Shown: positions 55,301 through 64,000 of the stretch, piece after piece | Layout: each line of letters starts with the position of its first letter | Numbering within the stretch: position 1 is the first letter of the stretch | DNA from: a virus | Length of the DNA: 64,000 nucleotides | Reading direction: 5' to 3' (one strand) | Virus record (IMG/VR): IMGVR_UViG_3300045988_087184 | Position numbers and translations under genes: made by a program | The notes under the pieces: generated by a model | Databases searched by the model: none | Told to the model about the DNA's origin: nothing | What the model saw: the letters and a program-made list of their open reading frames with translations, nothing else

Positions 55301-55949
55301 AGATTCTGCACCTAGGTTCACTATGTATAGGGGTATCAATACATACTCGCTGAAGGACAAGTCTATCTTTGACGTTTCCTTCGATGGCATCAACATCGTG
55401 TCGAAATACTACCACTTGACCACCGTTGACGGAGAGAAGATTTGGACACCTATCTATCGTGGCGATTGGAAGGAAGGTACGGAATACGACTACTACGATG
55501 AGGTTACATGGATGGGAACACGCTGGCTCTGCATCGTCTCAGAAGGACAGACTACAACTGCTGAACCTAGCGAGGACTCGCCTTATTGGAAGGCAACGAC
55601 CGCAATACAACGGAATAAGCTACTGATTGATTTGCGTGGGCAAGACACACTTGATTGGGGAGAAACGATTGATGTCGTATGCTCTGTTGTCCGTGGTGAT
55701 TCTATCGTTGACACATCGAGCGGTTGGGATTGGAGCGTGGAAAGAGATAGCGGCAACAAGCAGGAAGATTCGGCATGGAACGCCACATCTAAGGCTCAGA
55801 ACTTTAGAGGTGTAATCAATATCGCATTTACCGAGAAAGAAAATGACCTTGGAGCTGAGAATAAGAACACTTTCGGTGTCGTGTTTACATTCAAGGCTTG
55901 GCAAATCGGCAACAAAACCAATGAAGTTTCTGCAACACTGAGTGTATGA
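52308..55949 (+). CDS. large tail tip / baseplate hub protein (putative)
   Basis: 1213-aa ORF. Assigned by position. Confidence 0.6.
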   Translation: MSTWNICHKDGSKLTGVNGEQITVHGLEYSDSWMGECFVTINFKHEVPINFQIGDYIVYRGERFELNYEPGKDKQARPDTYGEGFVYDSVKFNALQDELARAEFLDVVLNDNELHYTALPKFPFYVQTLDDLLDRIQANLDEQIGAGLWKIYSRNKERSVQRGCLVSEWLSMYGEGTSDNVIESMSITIDSKTCWEALALVNEKWNVNFIVRGRNIYVGTTGIEAGHIFSYGLGKGLYEIVQNADSDQSVITRLRAYGSEKNLPSHYYADLGVKYVANITKVVTASTNVELELDVDYIETYFKNKRKYVVSGESQEQSFGWVLQVTFDFQTTITGYVTQSGSSGKCRFYSELKGTQTDTGDEESKEKLDTFISQVKAGNTKMYIMSGLNKKVVPSSMKEYAKNLPNNMSINRLMLPGFPHVSLSDFYDSLTEQEKKYVNPTGKLHKFSTDPYRPYIDSLNIEEIGLRSASQFFDTDDKTNGVIEIYPTIEEMEIGGVRVDEIDEGVAPDDDGRFGDNETVKNVDIYLNKAIDFDINDLKDDDFSISMKDGMCGGRTFKVASSTKVDGRWRLTIERSKDDALELWFPYKDYPIKNGDHFVLSGITLPDSYVKAASLKLLKYAIALLDKNDYTRYVYQPKVDELFMARQHDKAQADETGTIKSLHDTLKAGDLMNFNDTDLNIEGIISIDQLTIKEEDGKIPTYDITLREDKEVGTIQKIQQQISSLQNGNGGTGAGLTTTQVKNQVATEGSKHFISKINDNTAKGTITFEKVQKFIKGLFLGNGNNYSIDGNGNAILSSVLVNLLKSLDFNESEQSGFAIKQRSDGKYQMLLTDLIVWGKAVFNTLSIRELSYVGGNIVLSPAAGKISYIKDVYSETTNELIGWKCYLLADDGTTATINSFKVDDQVRCKTFNIKAGVYENVSNKDYWRLVTKVSTENEVITDAEGHELYDGKKFAWIQIAKDNCMEGSDNPAAGDTIVLMGNRSDRSRQHLLMMETEGDSAPRFTMYRGINTYSLKDKSIFDVSFDGINIVSKYYHLTTVDGEKIWTPIYRGDWKEGTEYDYYDEVTWMGTRWLCIVSEGQTTTAEPSEDSPYWKATTAIQRNKLLIDLRGQDTLDWGETIDVVCSVVRGDSIVDTSSGWDWSVERDSGNKQEDSAWNATSKAQNFRGVINIAFTEKENDLGAENKNTFGVVFTFKAWQIGNKTNEVSATLSV

Positions 55950-55985
55950 TAAAATGATTTACGAATTTTAAAATAATTGGAAGTT

Positions 55986-57296
55986 ATGAATAAGAATTTA
56001 GGAACGGCAGATGTTGCATCATCCGTACAGCAGACGGATAGTGTACTTGCAGAAATTGGTGGTGCTATGAGAAGAGTAAAGGTGAAGGATTTATCAAGAA
56101 GCCTTAACCTTTCCATTACATCACCAGAGGTATACGCATACGGCATTGAGTTCGATGTAACCGTAAGCTCTACGGCTGCAACGAGAATCGGCAACATGAG
56201 CATGCACAGAACCTTACCAGTACAGACTTTGATGAAGGGATGCTTGCTCGATGATGATGGTAACGTGGTTGACTATCTCGACCCACAGGACTGGACTAAG
56301 GCTACACGTGATGGAAGCCGAGGTCAGGTTATGGTTGAGCTGCCAGAGTATTACGAGAAGTTTGAGACGGATGGTAACAAGCGTAGGGCATGGATGAGCC
56401 TTGAACCTTTGGCAGGTTTCCGTAAAGTTCCGAAGCGTTACGTGAGTGCCTATCAAGCCTACGTAAAGAATAACAAGCTCTGCTCTATCGCTAGCGTGTT
56501 GGCATCAGCCAATATCAGCCGTACAGGATTCCGCAATGCGGCAAGAGCGAGAAAGACGGGTAGCGCAGAATGGAACTGCCATGTATATGACATTCAGAGA
56601 GAACTCTATTGGCTCTTTGCTATTGAATATGCCCAGTTGTCTTGTCAGACTAATTACAATGCCGCTCTGACTACCGAAGGTTATCATCAGGGCGGTCTTG
56701 GTAGTGGTGTTATTTGTGATGGAAATAAGTGGAATACCTATAACGGATATTACCCATTTGTTCCTTGCGGCATGACTGATAGCCTTGGCAACCGAAGCGG
56801 TGTTGTTACCTACGACACTGGTACGAAGAATGGTGTTACTCTCGGTAAGGTAAGCGTTAACAGATACCGTGGTATCGAGTGCCCATTTGCTCATGTATGG
56901 CAGTGGACTGATGGAATCAATGTAGAGGTGCAGCCAGGCGATAGTGGCGTTAGCAAGGTATATGTATGCCGTGACCCTAAGAAATTCTCTGATACAGGAT
57001 ATAACGGATATACCTATGTCGGCAACGAAGCAAGAACGGAAGGTTTTGTTACACAGATTACCTTTGGCGAATATGGTGACATCACGGCGAAGGCTGTTGG
57101 CGGTAGCGATAGTAGCTATCATGGTGACTATCATTACACTAACATACCTACAGCTACTACTCTACGTGGCGTTCGCTTTGGCGGTCCTGCGAATTTCGGT
57201 TCGATCTGCGGCTTCGTTTTCTCGACTTCGACTTACGTTCCCTCGGCTACGTCTGCGGCTATCGCCTCTCGCCTTTGCTTCCTTCCTGCTGCATAG
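55986..57296 (+). CDS. DGR target protein (variable C-terminus, probable receptor-binding protein)
   Basis: VR occupies the last ~45 codons. Confidence 0.8.
   Translation: MNKNLGTADVASSVQQTDSVLAEIGGAMRRVKVKDLSRSLNLSITSPEVYAYGIEFDVTVSSTAATRIGNMSMHRTLPVQTLMKGCLLDDDGNVVDYLDPQDWTKATRDGSRGQVMVELPEYYEKFETDGNKRRAWMSLEPLAGFRKVPKRYVSAYQAYVKNNKLCSIASVLASANISRTGFRNAARARKTGSAEWNCHVYDIQRELYWLFAIEYAQLSCQTNYNAALTTEGYHQGGLGSGVICDGNKWNTYNGYYPFVPCGMTDSLGNRSGVVTYDTGTKNGVTLGKVSVNRYRGIECPFAHVWQWTDGINVEVQPGDSGVSKVYVCRDPKKFSDTGYNGYTYVGNEARTEGFVTQITFGEYGDITAKAVGGSDSSYHGDYHYTNIPTATTLRGVRFGGPANFGSICGFVFSTSTYVPSATSAAIASRLCFLPAA
57164..57281 (+). repeat. DGR variable repeat (VR)
   Basis: 118 nt aligned to TR. 19 differences fall at TR adenines and only 1 falls at a non-adenine. 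Confidence 0.9.
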
Positions 57297-57321
57297 TCGA
57301 AGCGACACGGCTCGTCTCACG

Positions 57322-57356
57322 CCCTATGCCGCCCGCCATTTATTGGCGGCATAGGG
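57322..57356 (+). other. 12-bp hairpin downstream of VR
   Basis: CCCTATGCCGCC pairs with GGCGGCATAGGG. Confidence 0.7.
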
Positions 57357-57395
57357 TGGATTAAAAATTAGGTTTAACATTAAAATAATAGAAAT

Positions 57396-57752
57396 ATGGC
57401 AGACAATACAAAACAAGACGACGGAAGTCTTGCATTCTTGAACATTCCTCGCAATGAGAACAGCCGTTCATTCAACTGCAAGGAAGTAAGTCAGAGCAAA
57501 TTGGTGAATACATCATTTTGGCTGATTGATTTCATGGAGGATATTCCGACAAGATTCTCTAAGCAGAAAGGCACGAAAGGTCAGACCTTGGTGCTTGTGA
57601 AGCGAAATCTTGAAGACCCAGAGAGTGAAGCAATGAAGTTCTTCACTGGCTCACAGGATATTCTCTACATCTTGCAGGAGATAAAGAAACGGAATGCCTT
57701 TCCTCGCAAGGTGACAATGCGAGGTAACGGAAACCGATATTTCGTAGAATAA
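57396..57752 (+). CDS. DGR accessory-position protein (not obviously Avd-like)
   Basis: 118-aa ORF between VR and TR. Confidence 0.6.
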   Translation: MADNTKQDDGSLAFLNIPRNENSRSFNCKEVSQSKLVNTSFWLIDFMEDIPTRFSKQKGTKGQTLVLVKRNLEDPESEAMKFFTGSQDILYILQEIKKRNAFPRKVTMRGNGNRYFVE

Positions 57753-57777
57753 AAGATATTAAGGTTGATGATTCCTA

Positions 57778-57895
57778 ACGTGGCGTTCACTTTGGCGGTA
57801 ATGCGAATAACGATTCGAACTGCGGCTTCGTTTACTCGAATTCGAATAACGTTCCCTCGGACACGAATGCGAATATCGCCTCTCACCTATACTTC
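57778..57895 (+). repeat. DGR template repeat (TR)
   Basis: Noncoding copy of VR carrying 28 adenines, many of them in AAC/AAT units. Confidence 0.9.
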
Positions 57896-58032
57896 TAAGG
57901 TTAAAAATTATGTATGGGAATCATAACCGCACCTCTTGGTGAAAAATTTAGGAACTCAGAAACGTGTTGGTAGGTATCAGAAATATCGCTGATAGTCGAA
58001 GACTCGGAGTAAGGAAGCAAAATAGCAAAAAG

Positions 58033-59073
58033 ATGAAAAGGATTGGTTATCTCTACGAGAAAATCATATCAATGGATAATCTCAGATTAGCTGACGAAAA
58101 GGCTAGGAAGGGAAAGAGAAATACCTATGGTGTGCGAGTGTTCGATAAGAATAGAGAGGAAAATCTGTTGAAGCTGCATGAGATGCTGAAAAATAAGACG
58201 TTCAGAACATCAAAGTATGACGTATTCACCATCTATGAACCGAAGGAGAGAGTGATATACAGATTACCATACTTTCCCGACAGAATCGTTCACCATGCGA
58301 TACTGAATATCCTTGAACCTATATGGCGCAGCGTATTTACGTACAACACATATAGCTGCATCAAGGGCAGAGGAATAGAAGGATGCGCAAGAAGGGTTGG
58401 TGAGATTATAAGAAGGCATCCTATTGACAGACCTCTGTATTGCTTGAAGATAGACATCGTAAAGTACTACCCTAGCATCGACCATGAGGTTATGAAGAGA
58501 ATTATCAGACGGAAGATAAAGGACGCTGATGTGCTGAATCTTCTTGACGAGATTATAGATTCTACAGATGGATTGCCGATAGGTAACTATTCAAGTCAGT
58601 ATTTGGCTAATCTTTATCTTGCTTACTTCATGCACTGGGTGAACGAAGTGCTGAAAGTCGAGAGTACAGAATATGCAGATGATATAACATTCTTTGCGGA
58701 AAATAAAGAAGTATTGCATAAAGTTCGCAAAGCTATCAAATGCAAGCTCGAAGGAGAATTGAAGCTAAAGATTAAAGAAAATTGGCAGATATTCAAAATC
58801 GGTATAAACAGATACGATAAGAGCGGTCGTGCATTGGACTATGTAGGCTATCAGTTCTTCCGCAAGCAGAAACTTATGCGTAAGAGGACGAAGCAGAACC
58901 TATGTAGGGAAATGAAAGCCGCAAGAAAGAAAGGAATCAAGGAGGATGCACTGAAGATGAGGATAAGCCCTTGGCTAGGGTGGACGGCTCACAGCGATAG
59001 CAGACATCTGTTGGAGAAGATAGGTGCGTTCCACGATATACATAATTATAATTTTAAAAAGATTGCGATATGA
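58033..59073 (+). CDS. DGR reverse transcriptase
   Basis: MKRIGYLYEKIISMDNLRLA N-terminus. Hallmark LPIGNYSSQYLANLYL. EYADDITFF. Confidence 0.9.
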   Translation: MKRIGYLYEKIISMDNLRLADEKARKGKRNTYGVRVFDKNREENLLKLHEMLKNKTFRTSKYDVFTIYEPKERVIYRLPYFPDRIVHHAILNILEPIWRSVFTYNTYSCIKGRGIEGCARRVGEIIRRHPIDRPLYCLKIDIVKYYPSIDHEVMKRIIRRKIKDADVLNLLDEIIDSTDGLPIGNYSSQYLANLYLAYFMHWVNEVLKVESTEYADDITFFAENKEVLHKVRKAIKCKLEGELKLKIKENWQIFKIGINRYDKSGRALDYVGYQFFRKQKLMRKRTKQNLCREMKAARKKGIKEDALKMRISPWLGWTAHSDSRHLLEKIGAFHDIHNYNFKKIAI

Positions 59074-59456
59074 AAGTAATTTACGACAATGAGCCTTCTG
59101 TATTGGAGGCAGTAGGAAACGGAAGTCACCGTTATCACTACGACATCAAGGCGGTGAAGGCAGAATCAACAGAGAAGTCTTCGGGTGCGGAATCAAGAAC
59201 TCAGTACGAGTGCCAGGAAGTGATTGTATGGGAACCCATCACGTCTAATAAGATTACCGAAGCGGTCATTGCTGATAAGTGGGATGGTAATCAGGAACAG
59301 AAGCTCATCAACGAGTATAATGCTATTCAGCTTGGCATCACTACTGATAAGGCAGAGATAGCCATCAAGACTGCTGCTTATAAGGAGTTCCTTTCAGAGC
59401 GAGTAAGATTGAAGGCTATCGTTGATGACGACTGCAAGACACTCGGAATCGAGTAA
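59070..59456 (+). CDS. hypothetical protein
   Basis: 128-aa ORF overlapping the RT stop. Confidence 0.6.
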   Translation: MKVIYDNEPSVLEAVGNGSHRYHYDIKAVKAESTEKSSGAESRTQYECQEVIVWEPITSNKITEAVIADKWDGNQEQKLINEYNAIQLGITTDKAEIAIKTAAYKEFLSERVRLKAIVDDDCKTLGIE

Positions 59457-59489
59457 CGTGATTGTTCTACACTTATAAACAGATAAGAT

Positions 59490-60695
59490 ATGAGAACGGA
59501 AAAGAAATTCATGCGACGCAGATATGCGCCATTGGTTACTGGATGCTCGCTGACATGCACCACCCCAGAATCGCCACTTACGCAGCTCTATAGCGGTGGT
59601 GAATGGCAGCCTAACCGAGAGGGTACGGCAGCAGTTCCTTGCGGTATCTGCCCTGTCGTCAGCGCATCAGCAAGGGATGGCAGTTGGCAGGGCAATACCC
59701 GAAGTAACGCCCATCTGTCACAGATGCAATGGTATGTGGACGGACAGAGGATTGAGAGCGTAACAAGCTGGAATGGGAAGTACTCTATCATTACGAGTGG
59801 AGACAATAAGGGAATGCTTATTATCAAGCGCAATATCGGTCTGAACGAGCGTGTAAAGTTGCGTTTTGAGGGGCAGTTGCTCGACTTCCGTAATAATGAG
59901 CTTGTGCCAGTAAAGAGTGACGAGAAAACGCTATATACGGTTCAAGCCGCACAGGATTCATGGAGTGTGGAAACGGATTATCCGCTTAACCTCATGTATT
60001 CCTGCATTGATGATAATATGCTATTACATGACTATCAGGTAAGTCACGGAATTGCATCATTACTCTCTGAGCAGCAGATTAATGACGGAGAGCAGTATCT
60101 TCGCACGGCAGCAATACGAGTTCGCAAGGGAAAAGATATTCAGACAAGCGGCTATACATTGGAACTCTACCGCACAGATAGCGGAACTGAGGTGAAGATG
60201 AGCGTCGGTTATGAGGTACAAGCATTATCCCTTACAAGTATGACCCTTGATTTGCGTCTTGTACCTAATGCAGCCACTTATCTCCTTAAAGTGCTTGTTG
60301 GCGGTAAGGTGGTTTGCTTGAAGACTATCTGCACAGTCAACAGATTGCATAAGGCAATATCAGTAAAGCCGAGCGTTGAGAGCGATATTTATCCAGATAC
60401 AGATATTATGTATCAGGAAGCTATCGTAAAATGTAAAGACCATGATGTACCTTGCGCTGAGAACGTGATTAAGATGGTGCTGCTTGGTACAACTGCTTAT
60501 GAATCTGATGTGAATCTCGGAGAAGGAAGAGGGGTATTTTTTCGTTTGTCTGACCTTACCATGGGCGACACGCAGAAGGATAACTATGTTGAAACCTGCT
60601 TCGACTACGACTACAAGGAGGAGTATAAGGTTGCTACTGATGCAAGCGGCAACGTATACACAGATGAGAACGGCAATCCGTTTATCTTTAACTAA
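59490..60695 (+). CDS. hypothetical tail-fibre-module protein
   Basis: 401-aa ORF. Confidence 0.6.
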   Translation: MRTEKKFMRRRYAPLVTGCSLTCTTPESPLTQLYSGGEWQPNREGTAAVPCGICPVVSASARDGSWQGNTRSNAHLSQMQWYVDGQRIESVTSWNGKYSIITSGDNKGMLIIKRNIGLNERVKLRFEGQLLDFRNNELVPVKSDEKTLYTVQAAQDSWSVETDYPLNLMYSCIDDNMLLHDYQVSHGIASLLSEQQINDGEQYLRTAAIRVRKGKDIQTSGYTLELYRTDSGTEVKMSVGYEVQALSLTSMTLDLRLVPNAATYLLKVLVGGKVVCLKTICTVNRLHKAISVKPSVESDIYPDTDIMYQEAIVKCKDHDVPCAENVIKMVLLGTTAYESDVNLGEGRGVFFRLSDLTMGDTQKDNYVETCFDYDYKEEYKVATDASGNVYTDENGNPFIFN

Positions 60696-60703
60696 GATTT
60701 GAT

Positions 60704-60934
60704 ATGAGATACGTGTTAGCAGATAAGGAAAAAGCTATCTTGGCTGGATTTGATGTGATAACGCACAACGTCATTGATATCGAAGGAGAAAGTAAGATGG
60801 TTATCACGGAGAAGGGAATGATGGACACATCGTTGCTTGTCGGTGATGAGAGTGAGAGATTAAAGCAACTCAAAGGCACTATGTTCGATAGTGCAAGAGG
60901 GTTGGAAGAGTATTTAATGAACTTTAAAGATTAA
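60704..60934 (+). CDS. hypothetical protein
   Basis: 76-aa ORF. Confidence 0.5.
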   Translation: MRYVLADKEKAILAGFDVITHNVIDIEGESKMVITEKGMMDTSLLVGDESERLKQLKGTMFDSARGLEEYLMNFKD

Positions 60935-60939
60935 ATTAT

Positions 60940-61971
60940 ATGGAAGGAACATTATCAGGAAGTATCACACTTAAGCGATTAAAAAAGGGTGTGAACGTAA
61001 TATTGAGCATTGAGACTGAGAATGCGGCTCTCTATCAAGGTTGGAACGATAAGACTTCAACCCCAGCCCCTAACTTTCAGACACCAGCAAATCAGCCTAT
61101 CCTCGTTCCAAAGGCTGTCGCTACAAACGGACAGACTGCAAGCATTACAAACGGAACATGGTATTACAATAACACCATGTTGGTAGTTACAACTACGGCT
61201 ACATCAGAAGGATTCTATAAGTGCAGCGATACTAGATTTGCTATCAATCCGTCTAACTACAAGCTGAGAATCATTGATAATATTGCATCGGCTAGCAATA
61301 CTAGCAACGATATGTTTACTTTTAAGTGTTCGGGCGAAGCCGCTAGCACAAGTTACGAATCAGAGGCTACCGCAGAGCTTCACTTGCAGATAGTTGGTAG
61401 TAGTGCGGCAGCTCTGTATATTGAGGGCGGTTGTACTCTCTCCAAGGCAAATCCTTCGACTAAGCTTAAAGCTCGTTTCTTCATTGATGGCGGAGAGATT
61501 ACAAGTGGATATTCATACCTCTTCTTTGACGAGAAGGGAACCTCATTACAAGATAGTACATCAAAGGAGTTTACTGCAACACGTGACATGGTTGATGGCA
61601 TCGGTGGTATCTACTGTTCTGCATACAAGACTGGAGATAGTAAAAAGACCGCTCTTGCGACAGACTTTCACAAGATTACCGATATTGGCGATGAATATGA
61701 ACTTACACCATCAGTTGACAAAGACTGGGACGGAACGAACAATCAGACTGTAACGGCTAAGGTATACCGACTTGTGGCAGGAAAAGCAGGAGATGATATT
61801 ACAAAAGAATGGGCGGCTAAAGGTACTTTCACTCATACCTTCGTCAGTTCTCTCAACAAGACACCGCTCGGAACTCTGAAAGGAGTATCAGTAGAAGTTG
61901 GTACGGATATTTGGGGCAAGATAGCAAACGATAACGAGGACGTGATAGACTTTGTTAGTTATCAGGTATAA
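60940..61971 (+). CDS. hypothetical tail-fibre-module protein
   Basis: 343-aa ORF. Confidence 0.6.
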   Translation: MEGTLSGSITLKRLKKGVNVILSIETENAALYQGWNDKTSTPAPNFQTPANQPILVPKAVATNGQTASITNGTWYYNNTMLVVTTTATSEGFYKCSDTRFAINPSNYKLRIIDNIASASNTSNDMFTFKCSGEAASTSYESEATAELHLQIVGSSAAALYIEGGCTLSKANPSTKLKARFFIDGGEITSGYSYLFFDEKGTSLQDSTSKEFTATRDMVDGIGGIYCSAYKTGDSKKTALATDFHKITDIGDEYELTPSVDKDWDGTNNQTVTAKVYRLVAGKAGDDITKEWAAKGTFTHTFVSSLNKTPLGTLKGVSVEVGTDIWGKIANDNEDVIDFVSYQV

Positions 61972-61988
61972 CTTAAAACTATGTGCTT

Positions 61989-64000
61989 ATGTTGACAGCA
62001 TCAATAACATTACATAGGAAACCAAAAGACGGCACTGATGGTGTAGGCATCACCAGTGCCGACGTGGTGTTTGCTATTGGCGAAAGTAAAACGACCGCAC
62101 CAACTACAGGTTGGATTACCAACTTCAGTGGGCTGACGCTTGAAAGTGGCAAGTATGTATGGACTTGCACGAAGACTACTCTGACTAAAGGCACATCATA
62201 CTATACAGGCGCATACTGCCTTGGCGAGTGCTATGACTTTGCGCAGGTTGTGGAATTGTACGCACTGGGTGACAGCTCTACCAATCCGCCAAAAGATACA
62301 AATTTCAACTCGTCCTATACGGCTGTCAAAGGCAAGTATCTTTGGAGTTGCGTAAAGGTGACTTATAATGATACTAACATCAGTTTTCTCAACAAAAAAT
62401 GCGTGAGCTACTTCCCTAACGATGGAACGAACGGAACAAAGTTCACACCGAAGGGTACTGCCTACGCTCATTACTCTAAGGCAAGTGAGCTGCCAAGCCC
62501 ATCGGTAGCAACAGTCAACCGCAAGTATCTTGTCGATATAGATGATAAGTCAACACCGCCAAGGAATACCCCTTGCGTATGCTACTACAAGAACACGACA
62601 ACGTTCGTTTCTGACGTTGCAGCAGAGGGAGATGCCTACAATATCGGTGGCACACTCTGGGTGCATGATGGGAAGATGTGGCATGACTTCGGAAGCGTGC
62701 AGGGACCGAAAGGTGATGATGGTGAGGATGCTTTGAATATCGAGTTATCAGTTGAGAAGATTCTTTTCAGCTACTATGAAGGTAATTTTGAACAAAAGAA
62801 TAAAACTATCACACTCATTGTTAGACAAGGTGGAAACGTTATCAAATCATCAGATTATAACGTAAAAATAGTAGCTGCTCAGAACTTTGACATTAGTACA
62901 GGCGACAAGCTTACGATAACAAAACAAGATAATTATTGTACGCTGAACTGCTTTTCAAGTGGCGTTATTATGTATGACTATACTTACGATAATAAAGTAT
63001 CTTATGTAAGATATCCTGCAAGTAGTTGCTCTATTAAAATTGCCGTAGAATACAATGGAATCACTTATTTCAAGGAGCTATCAATAGAGGTGTCTTTCGT
63101 CAGGATGTACGGAGGATTGGCTTATGACCTAGAATCACTATCATCTACATACGGAGAACTTGTTGGTGACAATGGTCGATTGAAGCAAATGGAGACTCAA
63201 ATCTATCAGAATGCAAGAAATATAACATTGACTGCAAAAAGAACCGATGGGTTAGAGAATCAGTACTCTGAAATAAAGGTTCAATATGATAGCATAAATA
63301 TCAGCGTAGGAAAAATCAATGATGGATTGGCACGTACGGGAATCAATATCACCGATGGTAGTATTACCATGACTGCCAACAAATTCAAACTCTATAATAA
63401 TAACGGAGACAAAACCTTTAGCACAGACGCTGATGGCAATGGAATATTCAAGGGAACTATCACGGCAACAGGTGGAAGTTTTGGATCTTTTCAAATCACA
63501 TCATATACTGATGGTACAGACTTTAAATTCTACGGAATGTCTGCACATACAGATGGCACAACCGCGATAGCATCGTCAACATTCACCGTTGATTATTATG
63601 GTCTGTATATAGGCTCTGGCTCGCAAGATAATGGTGGTTCTGTCTGGATAGGAAATAATGGCAGGAAGACTGGTAACGATTTTAGCTGGGATGATGGTGT
63701 AATCAAAGTAGATGCAGACAATTCCGCAGTTAACAACGCTGATATTAGCGGTATCGGTGTTAACGTAGTTGGCAATTCTAGTCATAGTGCAATCGGCATG
63801 AAGGTATCTGCTACAGGCGGCAAGAATAACTATGCGGTTTATGCTAAGAATGGTGACTTTAGAGCTGAGAATGGTGCGTTTATCGGTGCTTTCTGTGGCA
63901 ACGTAAATAAAGGCAACAATAGCAATAATGTTACAGATAGCTATACATTGCAACCTACTGATAGCATCATCGTATGCAATAATACCAAGGAAATCTCGAT
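61989..64000 (+). CDS. tail fibre-like protein, 3'-truncated by the window end
   Basis: Manual translation is open from the ATG at 61989 to the end of the window (>670 codons). Missing from the ORF track because no stop is reached. Confidence 0.7.
   Translation, partial: MLTASITLHRKPKDGTDGVGITSADVVFAIGESKTTAPTTGWITNFSGLTLESGKYVWTCTKTTLTKGTSYYTGAYCLGECYDFAQVVELYALGDSSTNPPKDTNFNSSYTAVKGKYLWSCVKVTYNDTNISFLNKKCVSYFPNDGTNGTKFTPKGTAYAHYSKASELPSPSVATVNRKYLVDIDDKSTPPRNTPCVCYYKNTTTFVSDVAAEGDAYNIGGTLWVHDGKMWHDFGSVQGPKGDDGEDALNIELSVEKILFSYYEGNFEQKNKTITLIVRQGGNVIKSSDYNVKIVAAQNFDISTGDKLTITKQDNYCTLNCFSSGVIMYDYTYDNKVSYVRYPASSCSIKIAVEYNGITYFKELSIEVSFVRMYGGLAYDLESLSSTYGELVGDNGRLKQMETQIYQNARNITLTAKRTDGLENQYSEIKVQYDSINISVGKINDGLARTGINITDGSITMTANKFKLYNNNGDKTFSTDADGNGIFKGTITATGGSFGSFQITSYTDGTDFKFYGMSAHTDGTTAIASSTFTVDYYGLYIGSGSQDNGGSVWIGNNGRKTGNDFSWDDGVIKVDADNSAVNNADISGIGVNVVGNSSHSAIGMKVSATGGKNNYAVYAKNGDFRAENGAFIGAFCGNVNKGNNSNNVTDSYTLQPTDSIIVCNNTKEIS

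Overview
Almost the whole 64-kb window is one temperate tailed-phage genome with siphovirus-type gene order. It appears integrated next to a tRNA-like 3' end. The host looks like a Bacteroidota: several TTTG-N19-21-TAnnTTTG promoters, no Shine-Dalgarno sites, and A/T-rich ..ATTATG start contexts.

Layout, left to right:
- 0-1.4 kb: tRNA-like stub and a tyrosine integrase.
- 1.5-5.5 kb: minus-strand moron/regulatory block (membrane proteins, a three-module DNA-binding regulator, KilA-N).
- 5.6-6.8 kb: RNase HI gene behind a consensus promoter and a ~450-nt structured leader.
- 7-25 kb: leftward array of ~35 mostly tiny unknown genes, nearly all separated by the same cassette (GCCAAAA, a hairpin, TTAACCAAAA, AGAATT-ATG). 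The array also holds a second tyrosine recombinase, an inserted plus-strand TnpB (IS200/IS605-type) element, and a non-DGR reverse transcriptase followed by 1.18 kb of ORF-free, heavily base-paired sequence.
- 26.3-27.3 kb: AT-rich control region with face-to-face promoters.
- 27.3-32.2 kb: rightward replication/nuclease block (P4/D5-type primase-helicase, two HNH nucleases, a DUF3310-like protein).
- 32.4-38.7 kb: leftward packaging block (TerL split by an intein in its P-loop, portal, MuF-like protein, and a PAPS-reductase-like gene with a disrupted 5' end).
- 38.9-64 kb: rightward structural block (scaffold, capsid, connectors, major tail protein, -1 frameshifted chaperone, 2096-aa tape measure, baseplate and fibre genes). 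It contains a complete diversity-generating retroelement (VR, accessory ORF, TR, RT) at 56.0-59.1 kb. The last ORF runs off the window.

The most interesting item is the orphan RT plus the giant structured noncoding region at 15.1-17.6 kb. It does not match the retron, group II intron or DGR layouts that I know.

All calls come from by-eye motif recognition. No database search, RNA-folding program or alignment program was available.
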